DNA of 64,000 bases, taken from positions 14,879 through 78,878 of the IMG/VR virus record IMGVR_UViG_3300044568_003163; one strand, written 5' to 3'. The notes under the pieces were generated by a model that saw only the letters and a list, made by a program, of their open reading frames with translations, did not search any database and was not told the origin of the DNA. Positions 42,659-51,674 of this stretch are shown here, piece by piece (within the stretch, counting starts at the first letter, position 1; each line of letters begins with the position of its first letter). The DNA is from a virus. The position numbers and the translations under genes were made by a program.

Positions 42659-43768
42659 TTATTTAGAACCAAATCCGATAGTTTTTCTATCGACTTGCAT
42701 TTCTGAATAAACCTCTTCTTGATTATATACTTCTGATACGGTCATTGGTTTATCGATTGTAGTGTTTTTACCTAAATGGTCAGATAACTTTTGAGCAGCT
42801 TTTTGGTCTAGCTTTTTAAATTCATGTTTTAAGATTAGACGACCTTTACGCAATAGAGCTTCATCGATAGTAGTAATGTCACTGTTGAACGTACAGATAA
42901 TTTGAGTACCTAAGAAGTCTGATATAATTCCATCTGATAGATTTAGCAGTTTATCTACAGTTGCACCACCTTGTTTACGAGATTTAATAGCTTCTTCTGC
43001 ATCTTCGATAATCAAAACTGAATTTGGGAAATCTGCCATTAGTGGTAAAAATCCAGGATCAGTTAATGAATTGATTAGTTGATTAGGTAGATAAATCATC
43101 GTTCTCGTTTCAGCTAACAAGGAAATCAGATATCGAATGTACATAGATTTTCCTGTTCCAGGGAGTCCATGTAAAAGAGCAATTCCTTTTTTGTTTTCTC
43201 GAGAAAGAGATTCCATTAAGTAATCATGTTTAGTAGCCCATTCTTCACCATAATTCATTTCGATATCTAATTCGGGAATGTTGATGTCAAACGATCTTAA
43301 ATCTAAGCCACCATCATCTTGAATCACCATATACACTTTAGTTTTATCTACTTTGTATACTTGCATTTTCATTATATCTTTAATGAATTTTTGTGCAAGT
43401 TCTGCTTTATCAAGCGACCAGTAAAATTCAACTTCTAAGGTATATTCTTTCTTAGTTTCTAAATTGTATTTCACGTAAACAACTAAGTCCTTATCGCCGG
43501 TCTTTAATTTACCTCTAACATTTTTAGGAGCCATTAACTCTTTTTTGTTTTTGAATTTGTAATTGGCTGAAAAAACTTCAAAGTTTTCGTTGAACCATTT
43601 ATCCCATTTACGTTTTGGGATTACGATTCCATTTTCACTCCATTCGCTAGGACAAACATCATTATGCATCCACCAAAAGATGTCTTGATGATTGTAAGCT
43701 TGCGTAGTTTCTAGAGTTTTAATGTGTTCAGATGGATTCATATTTTCTTTTCTTTTTATATGCAACAA
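42659..43768 (-). CDS. AAA+ ATPase with ~190-aa N-terminal domain of unknown function
   Basis: 369 aa; Walker A LLHGLPGTGKS, Walker B LIIEDAEE, SRH ALLRKGRL. Confidence 0.7.
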   Translation of the reverse strand: MLHIKRKENMNPSEHIKTLETTQAYNHQDIFWWMHNDVCPSEWSENGIVIPKRKWDKWFNENFEVFSANYKFKNKKELMAPKNVRGKLKTGDKDLVVYVKYNLETKKEYTLEVEFYWSLDKAELAQKFIKDIMKMQVYKVDKTKVYMVIQDDGGLDLRSFDINIPELDIEMNYGEEWATKHDYLMESLSRENKKGIALLHGLPGTGKSMYIRYLISLLAETRTMIYLPNQLINSLTDPGFLPLMADFPNSVLIIEDAEEAIKSRKQGGATVDKLLNLSDGIISDFLGTQIICTFNSDITTIDEALLRKGRLILKHEFKKLDQKAAQKLSDHLGKNTTIDKPMTVSEVYNQEEVYSEMQVDRKTIGFGSK

Positions 43769-43809
43769 AAGAGGGCAAAAGCCCTCTTAATTGTATGGTT
43801 GTTAAAAAC

Positions 43810-44154
43810 TTATTTTGATAGGTCTCGTGTAGCTTTACCTAATTCCATATCGTTAGGAATTGAATTAACAAAATGATTAAACGAAACATGATATGGATCG
43901 ATGTTATATTTTTCTTCGATAGCTTGGCTTCGTAGTAGTTCATGAGTAAATTCAGTAGAATCTCCGAATTCAACAATTACATGAAATTGGTCTTCCCATC
44001 CTGAATGGAAAATTGCTATACTAATAGGTTCGCCTTCTACCCATCCGATTTTAGCAAATCCAGTCTTTGTAGTAAATTCTGCTGGTTTATCATTTGGCAA
44101 TAAGAATCTTTTACCTATAATTCTTTGCATTAATCTGTCGTCTATTTGTCTCAT
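43810..44154 (-). CDS. hypothetical protein
   Basis: 114-aa ORF. Confidence 0.45.
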   Translation of the reverse strand: MRQIDDRLMQRIIGKRFLLPNDKPAEFTTKTGFAKIGWVEGEPISIAIFHSGWEDQFHVIVEFGDSTEFTHELLRSQAIEEKYNIDPYHVSFNHFVNSIPNDMELGKATRDLSK

Positions 44155-44155
44155 A

Positions 44156-44932
44156 TTAAGAATCTTTTTTCATACTTGATAATTTTGAATAAATTCTTTG
44201 TGCAATCATTTTTGTATCAGAAGGCATTTCTGCTTTCTCATATATCCATCTTAAATATTCCTGATCTTCGGCAAATATAGCTTGAACTGTTTTGCCTGAA
44301 TGTTTACCAAAAGTCAAAGTAACTTCACCAGCTTCATTCTTTGCAAACTTACCAGAAAGGTCGAGTTTTTTGTCTAGTCCAGTAGTTTCATTATGAAGGT
44401 GGTCGAATTCAGTTTCATCAAACCACATTTCCATTTGTTTGAAAAATATGCCAGCAGTTGCAGTTACATCAGCTTCTGCACTATGTGCATTTTGCAAATC
44501 AATTCCTAAGAAACGATTAACTGCGCCTTTAAGGTTACGGGTTTCATATTGAGTCCAGATTCTATATGAATCTAAAATTCTGCGCTTTCTATAATCAAAA
44601 AGCTTTTTAGCTCTCAAAAATTCCTCGAATATTAAAGGAATATCATAATGCAAAATGTTATAGCCACCTAAATCAGAATCACCTAAAAATTCTAAAATCG
44701 AATCGGCAATATCTGCAAATGTAGGAGAGTCCTTAACATCTTCGTTTGTAATTCCATGAACAGCCGAAACTTCTTCTGAAATATTAATGGTTGGATTTAC
44801 TAAAGAATAGAATTTGTCAGTAGTTCCATCTGGATTGTACTTAATAATACAAATCTCGACGATTCGATCTTTTGTTGTGCTCAATCCTGTGGTTTCCACA
44901 TCAAAGAACGATATTGGCTTTTGTAATGTCAT
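44156..44932 (-). CDS. DnaQ-like 3'-5' exonuclease (DEDDh)
   Basis: 258 aa; FDVETTGL (Exo I), HSAEADVTAT (Exo III). Confidence 0.7.
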   Translation of the reverse strand: MTLQKPISFFDVETTGLSTTKDRIVEICIIKYNPDGTTDKFYSLVNPTINISEEVSAVHGITNEDVKDSPTFADIADSILEFLGDSDLGGYNILHYDIPLIFEEFLRAKKLFDYRKRRILDSYRIWTQYETRNLKGAVNRFLGIDLQNAHSAEADVTATAGIFFKQMEMWFDETEFDHLHNETTGLDKKLDLSGKFAKNEAGEVTLTFGKHSGKTVQAIFAEDQEYLRWIYEKAEMPSDTKMIAQRIYSKLSSMKKDS

Positions 44933-44934
44933 AG

Positions 44935-45141
44935 TTATATTTCTCCTTTAATTATTTTCCATCTTATATTTCTTTGCTCTTCTTCAGTAGCAAACTCTAG
45001 CAATTCTAGTGTATTATCTGACCATTCATCTTCAAATGTATAAACATCTGGATCGATCATCCACGAAATAAACGTTTCAAAATCTTGCTTTGCCTTTTCT
45101 CGAATATTTTCTTCGTTTAAAACTCTAATAGTTATCGGCAT
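44935..45141 (-). CDS. hypothetical small protein
   Basis: 68-aa ORF. Confidence 0.4.
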   Translation of the reverse strand: MPITIRVLNEENIREKAKQDFETFISWMIDPDVYTFEDEWSDNTLELLEFATEEEQRNIRWKIIKGEI

Positions 45142-45142
45142 C

Positions 45143-45787
45143 TTATTTTGCTTTATGGTGGTCTAATATTGTCATTGGCTCGTTTCTTTCATTTAGGATT
45201 TGCATAATCTCTTCGATATGATATGGCCTAAATTCAGGAGAACCACATATACCTACATCCATTCGTTTACCACCTCCGAAACGATTATCTCCTTTAAGGT
45301 GTTGATGTCCATGTAACATATAAGCACCATAGTGCATTTTGTTCCAACTAATAATTGGATAGTGACATAAAGTAAAGTTAGAAACTTCAGATGCAGCATT
45401 TGTGATTTTTAATTCTTCATAATGCGCAACATGAGAAAATAACTTTCGATACTCACCACCTAATTTATCTCGTTGGATATGATGATCGTGATTTCCTAAA
45501 ATAAGAACAATGTTATGACAGTTAATTTTCTTACGAAGTTCTTTAACTTCAGCTTCACCACCAAAAGACCAATCACCTAAATGAATCAACCAATCTTTAG
45601 CACCTACATTATCGTTGATGTTTTTAATCATTGCCTCATTCATTTCTGTAGTAGTATCAAAGTCTCTAACGCTATCAATAGGAACATTACCATCGAAATC
45701 TCGCCAGTTAGTTTCACCTCTAACAATATTAGAATGTGAGAAGTGAGTATCTGCAGTTATCCAGATATTTTTAGCCGTTAGTTTCAT
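45143..45787 (-). CDS. calcineurin-like metallophosphoesterase
   Basis: 214 aa; ADTHF, GDWSFGG, GNHDHH motifs. Confidence 0.7.
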   Translation of the reverse strand: MKLTAKNIWITADTHFSHSNIVRGETNWRDFDGNVPIDSVRDFDTTTEMNEAMIKNINDNVGAKDWLIHLGDWSFGGEAEVKELRKKINCHNIVLILGNHDHHIQRDKLGGEYRKLFSHVAHYEELKITNAASEVSNFTLCHYPIISWNKMHYGAYMLHGHQHLKGDNRFGGGKRMDVGICGSPEFRPYHIEEIMQILNERNEPMTILDHHKAK

Positions 45788-46385
45788 TTAAGTATTTTAG
45801 TATTTGTTCTTTGATTCCTAATTGTTTTATGCCTTCGGTAGATTTTGGTGTGAGTACAAAATTCGATAAACCCCAAACTCTGGTAAAATTAACAGACCAC
45901 CTCATAACTTCGATTGCCATATCTAAATCATCAACAGCTACCCAATGAGTTACTTCAGGATGGTCTTTCAAGTATTGCATAATTTCTAAAGAACGTTCTT
46001 GCTCGTATTGTTGATGACGATCCCATTCAAATCCTTCAGGCTTTTCACAACCTATAAATGAAGGTGTAAATGCAATAGGTGCTTTTGAAATTCCTTGTGC
46101 CAAGTAATATGAACTCAATTCTTCTAGATTTGCATGTTTCTTCCAATCTGAAGAAACTACAATTTCAGCACCGGTTTCAGCTAATATTTGATTTAATACC
46201 TTTACCGCTTTTTTATCAAAATCGTCAAAACGATATTCAATAGGAGCAGTCTTATACATTCGATCCCATTCAGGATTTGACTTAAGGTATTTTTTCATTT
46301 TATTAGCTCTGCCACCCCAATTGTTGGAAAGACAAATTACACCGTCGTTATCTAAAAATATTACTTTCATAATAGTTATATGCAA
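45771..46385 (-). CDS. HAD-like hydrolase (paralog A)
   Basis: 204 aa; MKVIFLDNDGVI motif I; paralog of 46903-47391. Confidence 0.5.
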   Translation of the reverse strand: MHITIMKVIFLDNDGVICLSNNWGGRANKMKKYLKSNPEWDRMYKTAPIEYRFDDFDKKAVKVLNQILAETGAEIVVSSDWKKHANLEELSSYYLAQGISKAPIAFTPSFIGCEKPEGFEWDRHQQYEQERSLEIMQYLKDHPEVTHWVAVDDLDMAIEVMRWSVNFTRVWGLSNFVLTPKSTEGIKQLGIKEQILKYLNETNG

Positions 46386-46395
46386 TTATTTCTAT

Positions 46396-46725
46396 TTAGT
46401 ATAAATCCTCTGAATAGAGGGTAGTTTTTAATTCTTTGGTTTGTTTAGCTGCAAAAGCGATTTCTCCACCTTCTTTTCGATTAACAAATCTATTTTTACT
46501 CGTTAGGAATCCTTGTTCATTTTCTCCAATACCATCTTCGGCATGAGTAACGGCTCGTAATCCAGTCAAACAACCGATAGTCCAAATGCATTGTCCATGT
46601 CGATGTCCAGTTACAACAATTCCTCGGTCACAATTTATAGGCAGAACTTGAGGGATGTCTTTCTTTAATGGAATTTCCTTACACCAAATTGCTGCACATA
46701 AAATGTATTCTGGATTATCGTACAT
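46396..46725 (-). CDS. hypothetical protein
   Basis: 109-aa ORF. Confidence 0.45.
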   Translation of the reverse strand: MYDNPEYILCAAIWCKEIPLKKDIPQVLPINCDRGIVVTGHRHGQCIWTIGCLTGLRAVTHAEDGIGENEQGFLTSKNRFVNRKEGGEIAFAAKQTKELKTTLYSEDLY

Positions 46726-46902
46726 TAGACCTTTACTATTTTTTCAACAATAGTTGCTCTTATTGGATAGCAACAAATTCGATCACCTTCTTTATTATAG
46801 AAGACATATGCTCCATTGTCGATAACCATTCGTTGGGCTTCAACCGATTCAGTATACATACTGTTATTTCCGGGTAAAATTCTTAAGCGATAAACTTCCA
46901 TA

Positions 46903-47391
46903 TTATTTTCTGTTTAAAATTCTAATTGCTTTGTTTGTGCATTCATTTGTTAGGCCATAACCTATGTCGATACAATCTGGATGATTGATGTTATTTGAAC
47001 AACAAACAAAATTACCTAATTGACTATCTAACATATCTTCGTCATCATCTAAAATAACATAATTGGTGATTTGATAATATTGGTCTAAGATTGCTTGGAT
47101 CTCATCACCTCGTTGTAACTTTTCACGGAATTCCTCATCTTTTACGTTTCTCCAAAGATCTGGTGTAACTCCGATAAGTTCACCAGCTAATCCTCTCTTT
47201 TCCCACATTGCTTGCATTTTAGCAAGTCCAGCATGTCTCCATGAAGAACTCATTACAATCTTAGCTCCAGTTTCATCTACAATTCGTTTTAGATTGTCCA
47301 TGAAATGTTGATGGAATATTTGACCAAACTCATCGTGACCTTGTCCTATCACGTTAAGCACTCCGTCGATATCAAGAAATATTACTTTCAT
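46903..47391 (-). CDS. HAD-like hydrolase (paralog B)
   Basis: 162 aa; MKVIFLDIDGVL motif I, SSSW motif II. Confidence 0.5.
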   Translation of the reverse strand: MKVIFLDIDGVLNVIGQGHDEFGQIFHQHFMDNLKRIVDETGAKIVMSSSWRHAGLAKMQAMWEKRGLAGELIGVTPDLWRNVKDEEFREKLQRGDEIQAILDQYYQITNYVILDDDEDMLDSQLGNFVCCSNNINHPDCIDIGYGLTNECTNKAIRILNRK

Positions 47392-47657
47392 AACTTAAAG
47401 TATTTGCCTACTTTATCTAGCATTACCATATCTCGATTATCTTTAAAGGGCAGATCATCAATATCTTCGTATAAGTTTTGAACAAATACGTCTGCTTTAT
47501 TTTTTGCAATGTAATTATTAAGTTCCTTACGTTTTAAAGCAATTACAATTTCTTTAAGTTCGTCGACAGATAAGCCATCCAAATCACCAGATCCATCACT
47601 ATAAACTTTGATTTCTCGAGCAAGTGTAATAATAAAATTTGGTGATGATTTAACCAT
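47388..47657 (-). CDS. hypothetical protein
   Basis: 89-aa ORF, 4-bp overlap. Confidence 0.45.
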   Translation of the reverse strand: MVKSSPNFIITLAREIKVYSDGSGDLDGLSVDELKEIVIALKRKELNNYIAKNKADVFVQNLYEDIDDLPFKDNRDMVMLDKVGKYFKL

Positions 47658-47825
47658 TTGATTTGTTCATTACGATTCCTAATTTATTCATATCAGCAAG
47701 ATTTCCTTTAACATACTTTTTATTCCATTCTCCGTATGATAGGTTATAATTAATTTCCACCCAAAGATTAAAACCGCCAAACCATCTGCGAGTCCAAAAG
47801 TATTTTCCTGTTAGTCTTTTTTCGT

Positions 47826-48122
47826 TCATATTAATTGGCCGTTTTCAATTTCTTCGGATCTCTTCAATAAACTAACTTCCTTTCTAATTTCACGTCTCCA
47901 CCATTCCTTTGTAAGCTTAGGATTATGAATGTCCTTATAAATAGTAAATGCTACTTTAGGTTTTGCAATTTCTATTTCTTCACCCCATAAAATCCATTTC
48001 TTACGTTTAGTAATTTCCATACCATCGTAAAACTCGGTATATTCATAACTGTCGCATTCATTAGCTTCGCATTGAACGGCATATTGAAATTTTCTACCGT
48101 CGATTTCTATTTCTTTTAACAT
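47826..48122 (-). CDS. hypothetical protein
   Basis: 98-aa ORF. Confidence 0.45.
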   Translation of the reverse strand: MLKEIEIDGRKFQYAVQCEANECDSYEYTEFYDGMEITKRKKWILWGEEIEIAKPKVAFTIYKDIHNPKLTKEWWRREIRKEVSLLKRSEEIENGQLI

Positions 48123-48313
48123 TATTCATTAGATATTAAGGCACCTAGCCAAGTTAATTCAAGTCCAACAACAAGTATTCTTCCACCGATAGAGTCAAAT
48201 AACCACCAATGCATAGGATTAAAGTCCATAGCAACGAAAGAACCTACTACATAACATGATATATGCAATAGAATATAAAGCGCGAGTTTAAATAGATTTC
48301 TCTTCATTATCAA
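48122..48313 (-). CDS. small membrane protein (holin-like candidate)
   Basis: 63 aa, two TM helices. Confidence 0.35.
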   Translation of the reverse strand: MIMKRNLFKLALYILLHISCYVVGSFVAMDFNPMHWWLFDSIGGRILVVGLELTWLGALISNE

Positions 48314-48533
48314 GTATTTGATTTTGGGTAGTATTAACTGATGCCGGAAATAACATTCGAGTAAGTAACATCATTAAGAACATATCGTTATACGATACGA
48401 AAGGTCCATCAAAAATTCTTGGTACAGTAAGATTCCAAAGAATCATGGTTGGAAATGCAAATACGGCAATTACAATAGCAGCAAGAATAAAATACTGAAA
48501 AGTTGCACTTATTCCGAGTAAGATTGTCTTCAT
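48288..48533 (-). CDS. small membrane protein (holin-like candidate)
   Basis: 81 aa, two to three TM helices; preceded by cassette variant at 48540-48630. Confidence 0.35.
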   Translation of the reverse strand: MKTILLGISATFQYFILAAIVIAVFAFPTMILWNLTVPRIFDGPFVSYNDMFLMMLLTRMLFPASVNTTQNQILDNEEKSI

Positions 48534-48714
48534 AATAAATAGTTTATTGTTATATGTTTGAAAGAGTAAATATAATCAACATTATCTAAAAATGAAAACT
48601 TTAGAGCATTTAGTTATTAACAAATACAACAAAAGCTCAATCTTACGATTAAGCTTTATCGAAGGTATATTAGGCCATACCAATAACCAGGACCTTTTCC
48701 CTAGGGAAATGTCG

Positions 48715-48797
48715 TGACCAAAGAGGGACTCGAACCCTCACGCTCAAAGAGCACCAGCTTCTTAGACTGGCGTGTCTACCAATTCCACCACTCGGCC
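48715..48797 (-). tRNA. tRNA, class II (long variable arm), Leu-like; anticodon loop CUAAGAA ambiguous
   Basis: T-arm GAGGGTTCGAGTCCCTC, D-arm GTGG-AATTGGTAG-ACAC (Leu-type), acceptor with G:U pairs. Confidence 0.55.
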
Positions 48798-48925
48798 GTA
48801 ATGAGCAATCCTATGGAATTACTGCAGTTTATCCAAAGGTCGTATATAGCTTGCAGACTAAGATTCTGCTGGATTTTCACCTTCATAAAGCTGGATATCA
48901 ACGACCCTTATCGCGATTCTCATTG

Positions 48926-48999
48926 TACCCGAGATGGGACTCGAACCCACACTGTACAGGGTTTAAGTCTGATGCCTCTTCCAATTGGGCTACCCGGGC
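48926..48999 (-). tRNA. tRNA, class-I-like, anticodon loop CUUAAAC (UAA) with weak anticodon stem
   Basis: T-arm GTGGGTTCGAGTCCCAT; paralog of 49276-49348. Confidence 0.45.
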
Positions 49000-49159
49000 A
49001 AATTAAAGAAGTAAGAAAATGAACTCCTTAACAGCTGAACGTTCAATAACTTTAAGAATCATTTTGCTTGTATCTCTAGGATTTGCAACTCCTATAAATT
49101 CACAAAATGCTTTTTGTTTATTCATTATTGTTCATTTCAATTTTGTTATTGCATTATTA

Positions 49160-49240
49160 GGAATAACGATACTATAGGACTCGAACCTATACCTTCCAGC
49201 TCGCTCGCCGGAATTCTACCAAATTAAACTAAATACCAAC
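49160..49240 (-). other. tRNA-like element with canonical T-arm but unresolved cloverleaf (possible pseudogene)
   Basis: ATAGGTTCGAGTCCTAT T-arm; no acceptor pairing found by eye. Confidence 0.25.
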
Positions 49241-49275
49241 CTTTTTATCTCAATAACAAAAGATGTCCTTCTTTG

Positions 49276-49348
49276 TACCTAAGGAGGGATTCGAACCCAC
49301 ACTGTCATGCTCCTAAGGCATGTGCCTCTTCCGTTGGGCTACTTAGGC
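49276..49348 (-). tRNA. tRNA, class-I-like with anticodon UAG (Leu codon CUA)
   Basis: acceptor GCCTAAG/CTTAGGT, anticodon arm CATGC-CTTAGGA-GCATG, T-arm GTGGGTTCGAATCCCTC. Confidence 0.55.
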
Positions 49349-49556
49349 AAATTGGTAAGTGATGGCCTACTTGTTACCATCTGTCTCTGTTTAGTTGCAA
49401 CCACTAATCCTGAATGTAGAGAACTTACCTTTTGTTTTATGTTAGCTAATAAACATTGTTTCTAATGTTATTAACATCATCTTTTTAATTTTTGTACATT
49501 ATAATATACATTAAGCCACAATATGACGTGTTTTGTATATTATAGTGTACATTTTG

Positions 49557-49629
49557 AGCTGACAATCAGGATCGAACTGATGACCTCTTCGATACCAACG
49601 AAGTGTTCTTCCAACTGAACTATGTCTGC
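49557..49629 (-). tRNA. tRNA-Thr (GGU)
   Basis: D GTTC-AGTTGGAA-GAAC, anticodon arm CTTCG-TTGGTAT-CGAAG, T-arm ATCAGTTCGATCCTGAT. Confidence 0.65.
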
Positions 49630-49649
49630 ATATTACAGGGTTGTTAATT

Positions 49650-49736
49650 ACCTCTTTCGAGGATTTCGGAGTTGAACCGATAGACAAAATTTCAAGTTTC
49701 GTGTTTAACCAATAGTTGTTTGCTGAAACAACCCTT
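49650..49736 (-). other. tRNA-like element (T-loop GGTTCAACTCC) with unresolved structure
   Basis: between two Thr tRNAs; contains hairpin GTTGTTTCAGCAAACAAC. Confidence 0.25.
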
Positions 49737-49739
49737 TTG

Positions 49740-49813
49740 AGCTGACAGTCAGGATCGAACTGACTCTGTTCCGGGTTACAAATCCGGTGCACCACCATTC
49801 ATGCGTTGCCAGC
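49740..49813 (-). tRNA. tRNA-Thr (UGU), tentative
   Basis: acceptor GCTGGCA/TGTCAGC, anticodon loop TTTGTAA, T-arm GTCAGTTCGATCCTGAC. Confidence 0.55.
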
Positions 49814-49823
49814 ATATGTTTCG

Positions 49824-49894
49824 TTGGGATACTAGGTTTCGAACCTAGGCGGACTGGCTCAAAACCAGTAATGCTACCGTTACATCATATCCCA
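49824..49894 (-). tRNA. tRNA-Gln (UUG)
   Basis: U1-A72 acceptor TGGGATA/TATCCCA, anticodon arm ACTGG-TTTTGAG-CCAGT, T-arm CTAGGTTCGAAACCTAG. Confidence 0.7.
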
Positions 49895-49900
49895 ATGTAG

Positions 49901-49971
49901 TTATCCGAGGTGGATTCGAACCACCAATGACTGCACCAAAAACAGTAGTGTTACCGTTACACTATCGGACA
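49901..49971 (-). tRNA. tRNA-Gln (UUG), second copy
   Basis: acceptor TGTCCGA/TCGGATA, anticodon arm ACTGT-TTTTGGT-GCAGT, T-arm GGTGGTTCGAATCCACC. Confidence 0.6.
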
Positions 49972-49972
49972 G

Positions 49973-50046
49973 TGACCATAATAGGATTCGAACCTATAAC
50001 CGCTGGTTTAGAAAACCAGTGCTCTATCCAATTGAGCTATATGGCC
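49973..50046 (-). tRNA. tRNA-Arg (UCU)
   Basis: D GCTC-AATTGGATA-GAGC, anticodon arm CTGGT-TTTCTAA-ACCAG, T-arm ATAGGTTCGAATCCTAT. Confidence 0.75.
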
Positions 50047-50117
50047 AATTAAGTTCTCCAACCCTGGAACTTATACATATCATCATTAAGCGGTCACATA
50101 GAATGTGAGATATGTTG

Positions 50118-50203
50118 AAGAGAAGATGGGACTCGAACCCACAAACCGAATTAACGGTTAACGGATTAGCAATCCGCTGCAGTACCATTATGCTTACTTC
50201 TCT
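50118..50203 (-). tRNA. tRNA-Ser (GCU), class II
   Basis: acceptor AGAGAAG/CTTCTCT, anticodon arm GCGGA-TTGCTAA-TCCGT, long variable arm, T-arm GTGGGTTCGAGTCCCAT. Confidence 0.75.
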
Positions 50204-50311
50204 ATAAAAAGTTAAAGGCAGAATTCCAAATCTGCATTTTTATTCTAAAACGAGAATAACGTGAGTTTTATCGATACGTCTATCGAGGCAATTATCACTA
50301 CTTTAACTTAA

Positions 50312-50401
50312 TGGAGGAGAGAGTGGGATTCGAACCCACGGAACGCTTTCACGCTCAATAGTTTTCAAGACTATCCTAATCAACCTCTCTAGCACCTCTC
50401 C
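50312..50401 (-). tRNA. tRNA-Ser (UGA), class II, CCA encoded
   Basis: parallels E. coli tRNA-Ser; anticodon arm ATAGT-CTTGAAA-ACTAT; variable arm TGAGCGTGAAAGCGTTC; 3' ...TCTCTCC-T-CCA. Confidence 0.75.
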
Positions 50402-50410
50402 ATTATTTGG

Positions 50411-50485
50411 GGTGGAAGACGGGACTCGAACCCGCGATCTCTAGAACCACAATCTAGCGCTTTAACCAACTAAGCTACAACCACC
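50411..50485 (-). tRNA. tRNA-His (GUG) with G-1
   Basis: anticodon arm CTAGA-TTGTGGT-TCTAG; extra 5' G opposite C73; two U:U mismatches in acceptor stem. Confidence 0.6.
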
Positions 50486-50496
50486 ATGTATAAAAC

Positions 50497-50540
50497 AAAA
50501 AAGCTCGATTCATTTGATAGAACCGAGCTTTGCAATTTAG
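50497..50540 (-). terminator. hairpin + T-run immediately upstream of tRNA-His (terminator/processing element)
   Basis: minus: AAGCTCGGTTCTATCAAATGAATCGAGCTTTTTTGTTTTAT. Confidence 0.45.
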
Positions 50541-50644
50541 TATTTATATTTTCACATAAGAACCATCACACTTCGGTACTGTTTTCAGATCTTGTTAGAT
50601 GCTGAAGCGACGTTAACGATAATGTACTTGAAGTTCTCATTGTT

Positions 50645-50715
50645 TGTAATTTATTATTTTTTATATATACTGTTATATGTCTAAAATTGCTGAGAGTTTC
50701 AAAAAACTTTCAATT
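50645..50715. repeat. conserved AT-rich element (copy 1 of 3) preceding tRNA sub-cluster
   Basis: tatatatactgttatatgtctaaaattgctgagagtttcaaaaaactttcaatttatttt; similar copies at 53225 and 56560. Confidence 0.5.
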
Positions 50716-50725
50716 TATTTTCTAG

Positions 50726-50822
50726 TGAAGACAATTGGGATCGAACCAATGGCACGCCTATGTTCCTTATCGATCATACCAATAAGTACTGAAGGTTGCT
50801 CTACCAACTGAGCTATATCTTC
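50726..50822 (-). tRNA. atypical 97-nt tRNA-like gene with ~24-nt insertion between D-arm and T-arm
   Basis: perfect acceptor GAAGATA/TGTCTTC, D-arm GCTC-AGTTGGTA-GAGC and T-arm ATTGGTTCGATCCCAAT but 46 nt where 22 expected. Confidence 0.4.
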
Positions 50823-50827
50823 ATTTG

Positions 50828-50898
50828 TAGCGGATTAAGGACTCGAACCTCGCCATTGGGTTATGAGCCCGATATGCTACCAATTACACTAAACCGCA
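50828..50898 (-). tRNA. tRNA-Met (CAU), initiator-like anticodon stem, irregular acceptor
   Basis: TCGGGCTCATAACCCAA anticodon arm as in fMet tRNA; 1:72 mismatch. Confidence 0.5.
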
Positions 50899-50900
50899 AG

Positions 50901-50998
50901 ATGACCTTAAGGATTCGAACCTTTAACTTGTTTCCTCTTTTAGTTTTGCAAACCTACTCAATTCTACCGTGCCCAATACACTATTGCCAATCGTCATT
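50901..50998 (-). other. tRNA-like element (~98 nt) with T-arm AAGGTTCGAATCCTT, unresolved
   Basis: T-loop motif; possible GCA anticodon loop TTGCAAA; no clean acceptor pairing. Confidence 0.25.
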
Positions 50999-51039
50999 TT
51001 CGAACATGACAGCCTTAAGTTAATTACTCTTAAGATTTG

Positions 51040-51111
51040 TAGTCCCACCGGGAATCGAACCCGACTTTTCAGGATGAAAACCTGATGACCTAACCGATAG
51101 TCGATAGGACC
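51040..51111 (-). tRNA. tRNA-Glu (UUC)
   Basis: D GACT-ATCGGTTA-GGTC, anticodon arm TCAGG-TTTTCAT-CCTGA, T-arm CGGGTTCGATTCCCG. Confidence 0.7.
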
Positions 51112-51152
51112 AATTAAGTTATATCAAATTCTCCCGCAGAGATACCGACCCA

Positions 51153-51260
51153 TTGCTGAGCCAGAGAGGACTTGAACCTCTGATTCTCAATAACTAATTT
51201 AAAAGAATTAAAGAGTAGAGCTCTTCAACGATTTCGGCATTTCAGCTGGATCTTTATGCC
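51153..51260 (-). other. tRNA-like element (T-arm AGAGGTTCAAGTCCTCT) with AT-rich insertion, unresolved
   Basis: no canonical acceptor pairing found by eye. Confidence 0.2.
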
Positions 51261-51295
51261 AACTTCCTAATCCTTAGTCCGTTTAATTCTTGTAG

Positions 51296-51369
51296 TATTA
51301 TGTACGGGACTCGAACCCGTGTTATCAACGTGAAAGGCTGACGTCCTAGACCAACTAGACGAACATAAC
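51296..51369 (-). tRNA. tRNA, probable Glu (UUC) second copy
   Basis: D CGTC-TAGTTGGTCTAG-GACG, anticodon loop CTTTCAC, T-arm ACGGGTTCGAGTCCCGT. Confidence 0.5.
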
Positions 51370-51373
51370 ATTT

Positions 51374-51586
51374 TTAAGCTTCTTCAGAGACAAGTCCTAA
51401 AACTTCTTCTCTGTAAATTTTATTCAATTCACTTACTTCAATATCGATATTCGTTTGTGGATATCGGTGAAGTAAAATCTTAACTAATCTGATTCGTTTC
51501 TCAGCCAAATCTTGATTAAAGTCCATTTCAATCATTGCATCACTTAAATGAGATTGAATTGCGATTGATAATTTGATAGTTTCCAT
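51374..51586 (-). CDS. hypothetical protein
   Basis: 70-aa ORF directly downstream of class-B cassette. Confidence 0.45.
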   Translation of the reverse strand: METIKLSIAIQSHLSDAMIEMDFNQDLAEKRIRLVKILLHRYPQTNIDIEVSELNKIYREEVLGLVSEEA

Positions 51587-51670
51587 AATGTGATTGTTTA
51601 ATTTTAATAAGTAAAACTAATCAATTTAATTGACATATGGAAATTATTTTTCAAAAAGTTATTAACAATT
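51587..51670 (-). promoter_or_regulatory. intergenic cassette class B
   Basis: minus: TTGTTAATAACTTTTTGAAAAATAATTTCCATATGTCAATTAAATTGATTAGTTTTACTTATTAAAATTAAACAATCACATT-ATG. Confidence 0.5.
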
Positions 51671-51674
51671 TTAA

